A DNA stretch of 64,000 nucleotides from Schizochytrium sp. TIO01 (Eukaryota > Protista > Bigyra: Labyrinthulomycetes). Location of the stretch: contig SMSO01000006.1 of the NCBI GenBank assembly GCA_004764695.1, positions 883,859-947,858 on the forward strand. The letters are read 5' to 3'. Shown in pieces: positions 59,161-64,000 of this stretch; positions within the stretch are counted from its first letter, which is position 1, and each line of letters starts with the position of its first letter. The notes below the pieces were generated by a model. That model searched no databases and was not told where the DNA came from. It saw only the letters and a program-made list of their open reading frames with translations. The translations under genes were made by a program, and so were the position numbers.

Positions 59161-60305
59161 GAAGATCCTCAGTCGCTAGCTAGCTAGCTAGCAAGCTAAG
59201 TAGGTACTAGTGGCGCTACTCTCCTCTTCGGCCGGTGGGGCGTTGAGAGGGGGCCCGCGAACTCTCCCACACCCAAGAGGGAGAAGGGCGGCGGCGTAGA
59301 GGGTCCACTGTGAAAATCGCGCATGTCGGGAGAAATTATTCCCTCTTGAGCCTCGCTGTGTGGAGGGCGGAGACCCCCGTCACAGCCGAGCTGCGCATCG
59401 CAAAGCAGCGCCCTCTCCCTGCAGCTCTTTCCCTCCTTTCATGACGCCCTGCCCTCTTTGCCTTCGCAGTTTGTGCATCGCGGCGACCCATCAATCCATC
59501 AATCCATCAATCCATCAATCCGTCAATCCGTCAATCCTTTCATCAATCCTTTCATCAATCCATCAAAACTATCTGCTTATTATCCGAGTCTGAGCTCAGA
59601 TCTGCGACTTTGTTTGCACCATCTCAGTTGTAAAGGCTGGGAAGAGCGCGTCGCTAGGTGCCGCCTACCGACTGCTACGCACGCCTGCTGCCTGCCCCCG
59701 CAGTCTGTGTAGCACAGTGTGGAGGGGAAGCTTGTTTTCGCGCTGTTTGGGGATGTTTGCTACTTCCAGCTTCGACTGCCTCTCTTATCTTTCGTCGCGA
59801 CCTCTGCCAAATCAGCCAAAGCGCTCCCTCTGACTGACTGAGGCAGAGAGAGAGAGGCCAGGATAGCGCAGAGGCGAGGACAGAGCGCCCTCAAGCGCCG
59901 CCCTGACCGCCCGCCTGTGGCTCTGGACAGGGCTTATGGCTGGGGCTTCGAAGGTCCTGGAGGGAGGAAGGCAGGAAGGAAGTCGAACGCGGACAAGAAC
60001 AAGGAGAAAGAAAACACTACATTTTGCTACTTTTTCAATCACTTTTTTCATGATTTGTTTTTATAATTAAAAAGGAAAATGAAAATGAAAATGAAAATGA
60101 AAATAAGTGCACATGTTTTTTAGAACTAGCAAAGGCAACGAGAGTCGTTCGCCCTGGCTTTTAAAGACCTGGGAATAGCGTATAAGCTTTGGGACGTATG
60201 GCGCAGGATAGTTGCGGGAATTGGGCCGTTCATCGTTGGAGGCCGTGCTAGGTGGTCAGCTAGTAGCACTAGTTGAGTTCATTCGTATTTCAGAATACTC
60301 CTGTA

Positions 60306-60396
60306 CTTTTTTCTTTTTCTTTTTTCTTTTTTCTTTTTTCTTTTTTCTTTTTTTCTTTTTCTTTTTCTTTTTTCTTTTTCTCTCTTTCTTTCCTTT
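60306..60396. repeat. Polypyrimidine (T-rich, C-spaced) low-complexity tract
   Basis: Direct run. Confidence 0.85.
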
Positions 60397-61515
60397 TAAA
60401 ACTTATTAGTATGCATTGAGAAAATATATTGAAAAGAGAGAAGAAGAAGGGGACAATTAATTACATGATGGCAGAGCAGAAGAATGAGCGTGATTCAGGT
60501 CTCTCTGTCTTTTTCTCAGCAACTTCGTTTGGGCTCTGAGTTCATTCTTTTCGTGGACCCTTTGTTGATTGACCCTCAAAGAGAGACTTTCATTCATTCA
60601 CTCATTCATTCATTCACTCATTCATTCATACGTACATCATACACGCAAGAAACAGCTCTGGAAACGTCCATTCATTGATTCTCTTTTCTTTTCCTGACTG
60701 ATTGTCAAAGGGTTTTTAAAAGAAGAGAAGGTTTCGGGGTGGGCATTAGGGATATTGGTAGGATACAGTAGAGGTTGAAATTGTAAAGACTTTGGAAAGA
60801 AAGAGGAAATGGTTGAAAGAAGTCTGTCTGAGTTGGACTTTGGTCGAGTTTGAGCAAAACCAGCCAGAAAAAACCGAGACCCTTCCCGTGCTGCATTCGC
60901 AGGCACCTAAATCAAAAGTGGCGCGATACAGGCGAGCGAAACAGGGCATCCGCGACGCTGGAGGAAATCGTGTGCAGGCCTCGTGTGGTTGGTCCCGTCA
61001 CTGCAGCGGGAGCAGACTCGTTTTAGTGAACCATTGTCGTTCCCATCAGCCAGAAGCGGCAAGCCTGGCACTGACAACGAGGCTGACGATACAAGCAAGA
61101 AGGGGTTGAATCAGTACGACGCTTCGAGCTGTGCTACGCAAACAGCGTATTAAGCTTGAAGGACATTGTGGCTTAGTTTTTCTGCAGCTGCTGTCGGAGC
61201 AGGCAAACTTTGAGAGGAGCCAAGGCAACTCTTTTTTTAAGATCGGGATAGACGACACCTTGGTTTATGGTGACAGGTGCAAGCAATACTCATCCAACTC
61301 GCTTGGAAGTATTGGATACAAGACAGATCTCGCGATTATTTAATTTTTTAAATTGTCGCTTTTCTCAGACTCGACTTGTTCGTCTTGAGCTTTTCCTTCT
61401 TTTCAGATTCTGAAGCAAGCAGGACGAAACGTGGTGTGATTGCCAGGATTCACAAGGCAGAATTATACGAGCTGTTTCTGTAGTAGGAAGATCTAGATCG
61501 AAGGAAAGGGACCTG

Positions 61516-62478
61516 ATGAACTCGAGCTTTCACAGCAACCAGCAAGCTTCGTCTGATTTTGACGCAGATTTTGCCATGCCATCCATGTCTTCTTCAGCCT
61601 CATCCTCAATGTCACTGAACAGTTCCATGGTCTCAACAGGGGGCTCTTCTGATTCTCAAAGATCGCCTGTAGATAACAATGATGACAATCATCAAGATGG
61701 GTCATTTCATAGCTCAGGCGGTGAGCCGTCAGAAGATAACAAAACAAATGAAATTGCAAGTGATGCAGACAGTCGCACCTTGCAATATCAGCTTTCTCAC
61801 TCACACGACGAAGACCGAAACCAAGATATCGACATAGATCTTGATGATGCTGATGCACAGAGCGATGGTCCAGACGGCGATACTTCTCACGAAGCAGGAA
61901 GCTTGCAAAACCTTCCACAAACTAAAAGCCTTTTGTCGGCTTGTCTGGCAGGTCCTGAAGAAGTGCAGCGAACGTTGTCCTCCGAATTTGATTTGAACGA
62001 GGATGTTGTTTTTTATGTTTTAGACAAGGTGCTGAGCTGGCCAGAAGGTGACGCAAATGACGCAATTTTACGTGCTTTCCTTCGGGATCCCCGACTTGAC
62101 CTTAGTACAAATGATTGGTGGATACTTCGCAATGCAGCTCGTTTTGGCCGAGCTCATTTCATTCGGGATGCACTGCGTGCACTCGATTGTTCACCAACGG
62201 AGAAATGGGCTATTGTCACATCAAACATTCGAGGGTTATGTACGCTTTCGTGGGCTTGCATCAATAATATGAGTAACGTCATCGATGTACTTCTCGAAGA
62301 AGTAGCCTCCCAAACTCATCCTTCTCTAACGAACCAGGATCTCACGACAGCAATAGCATTTTCAAGAGAACTCGGAAATGCTGATGTCTATGAGCGCTTG
62401 GTCAAATTTACCGCACAGCGAAATTTACCACAACATACACCCTACGCCATTGATGAAAGATTCGCGCATATTGTGTGA
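61516..62478 (+). CDS. Ankyrin-repeat-like protein with acidic, Ser-rich N-terminus (320 aa)
   Basis: DPRLDLSTNDWWILRNAARFGRAHFI, TLSWACINNMSNVIDVLL and AIAFSRELGNADVYERL resemble degenerate ankyrin repeats. Confidence 0.7.
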   Translation: MNSSFHSNQQASSDFDADFAMPSMSSSASSSMSLNSSMVSTGGSSDSQRSPVDNNDDNHQDGSFHSSGGEPSEDNKTNEIASDADSRTLQYQLSHSHDEDRNQDIDIDLDDADAQSDGPDGDTSHEAGSLQNLPQTKSLLSACLAGPEEVQRTLSSEFDLNEDVVFYVLDKVLSWPEGDANDAILRAFLRDPRLDLSTNDWWILRNAARFGRAHFIRDALRALDCSPTEKWAIVTSNIRGLCTLSWACINNMSNVIDVLLEEVASQTHPSLTNQDLTTAIAFSRELGNADVYERLVKFTAQRNLPQHTPYAIDERFAHIV

Positions 62479-64000
62479 TAAAAGCATGTGTTCCGAACAA
62501 CTCTGGCACCTAGTAAGCAGCTTCTTTCTGCCTTGGTTATTTTGCTTCCTGCTGTTTCTACTGTTATCTACGTAAAGGCATCCGCGTCAATGTATATGTT
62601 GAAGAGGTTTCTGTATACTTGTCTGTGCAGTTACAGGCTAATGTGGAATGCGTACCGTGCCTTTGAGACATGTATCATTCCGGTAGGGTAAAGAGTTACA
62701 GGCTCTTGACGAAAATCGCATTGGGGGAAATGGATAACCCAAAGTTTAATTCCTTCTAGCTCGCATGCGATAATGACTACATGCAGATGTATTGCCTCAT
62801 CTATTTCTGATCCATAGATGAAGCTTTGGCATGCAAAGGGCTTTTCATTTGCTTTCTATGCTTTCATGAGGGCAATCAATATATTATAATCCACCTTCGC
62901 ATCGTCAGGAAGAATAGTGCTTTCAGGCCAACATCCCTTTGAAGTGTTTCTCTCTTTGTATGTTTATTTCTTCGTAAAATTTGACTTCTGATCATTCGCT
63001 GCAGAAAAGTGATTTCCCTATAAACCTCAGCACAGGGATTAAACATTGCCTACGTTAGCGTCAAGTGTCAAGTGCGAGTTAGCCTTGCTGCATCTTACGA
63101 ATTTCGCATGCTTTGTTCTGTGCACGATTGTGTTCCTTTCCTAGGTGCGTTTACTCTTTGCCCGCATGAATTGCACGTCCAATCGAATTATTGTTTTGGT
63201 GGGCGATCACCTAGGTTCACCTTGATTGACTATTCTTTTCACAGATCTGCTATAAGCATAGCACTGAATCACAAACATGGATGCATCTACTACTTATGGT
63301 GTCTAAAGCTGTCATGTTATCACCTTCAGAATTCATGAAGTAAGCAGTTAGTCTTGGGTTTGGATTCGAACCTGTTCGAAACAAGCTCGCATAAGCGATT
63401 CAGCTCTATCTTTCCTGGCAGACTTTCGCACCAGGATTTGTTTAAAGCCCGCCCTGAAAACTCGATATATATCCTTAGCTTGAATACTATACACTAAACT
63501 TTAAGACAAGAAAAATGTATTTTGCCATTTGTTTTAGTAACTATAGAGCTGAAACTCTCCACTTGCTATTTCTAAATTGTAAGATATGTTTCGGATGATT
63601 TGTTTTCATGAAATCATTTTGAGCGAACAAGTAGAGAAGAGCATTAGATACATTGACGTACTATTGAGAGTGTATTATCGCTGATTCTTCGTCATCTTAC
63701 ACATTATCACCACAACTAGCACTCAACTTCCAATATCTTTTTGTTTTCGAAAGGAATGAATCATAATCATTTAATATAAAATAGACACGACTATTTTTGC
63801 TTTGTCGCAAATGCCCGCCACCGACGTAAACCTGGATGAGCAAATAATTTGGCTTGTGAATGATACTCTAATGCGAGGCTCATGTTTGACTCAAGGCGGT
63901 GCACTTGAGAGTGACAAGCACGGCAAATGTTTACACCATGTACATGGAGCCATTCTTTTCGTGCCAGACCACTACGAGTATCTTGGTAAACCTTTTCAAG

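Noticed and set aside
63355-63410. tRNA-like B-box (GGATTCGAACC)
   Set aside because: No cloverleaf can be built around it.

Overview
Eukaryotic genomic DNA with GT-AG introns, mostly intron-poor genes and many microsatellites. A protist, possibly a stramenopile such as a thraustochytrid, is my inference only. Housekeeping genes: Ubc7/UBE2G-type E2, two tRNA-Arg(TCG), Med21, a myristoylated alpha/beta hydrolase, an Smr-domain protein, NDUFAF7, calreticulin, a 3-exon mitochondrial Grx5, an atypical MAPK (TKH activation motif), a 3-exon ABCB half-transporter and an ankyrin-like protein. Two things are not apparent from the ORF track. (1) A 16-exon minus-strand gene (54533 to 45841) whose ~5.2 kb tandem array is a set of 13 single-LRR exons (mostly 84 nt, phase 2 at both ends). 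These are separated by 12 almost identical 335-344 nt introns and vary mainly at the exposed LxxLxLxxN positions next to the splice junction. They are spliced onto a coiled-coil, atypical kinase, RING and RING2/IBR-like tail, giving a candidate exon-shuffling, immune-like receptor/E3 ligase. (2) A decayed, frameshifted Fanzor2 (eukaryotic TnpB) at ~25292-26419 on the minus strand, with a hairpin-rich downstream segment where the omega RNA would lie, inside a ~13 kb gene-free zone of transposon debris. All calls were made by eye; no searches were run.
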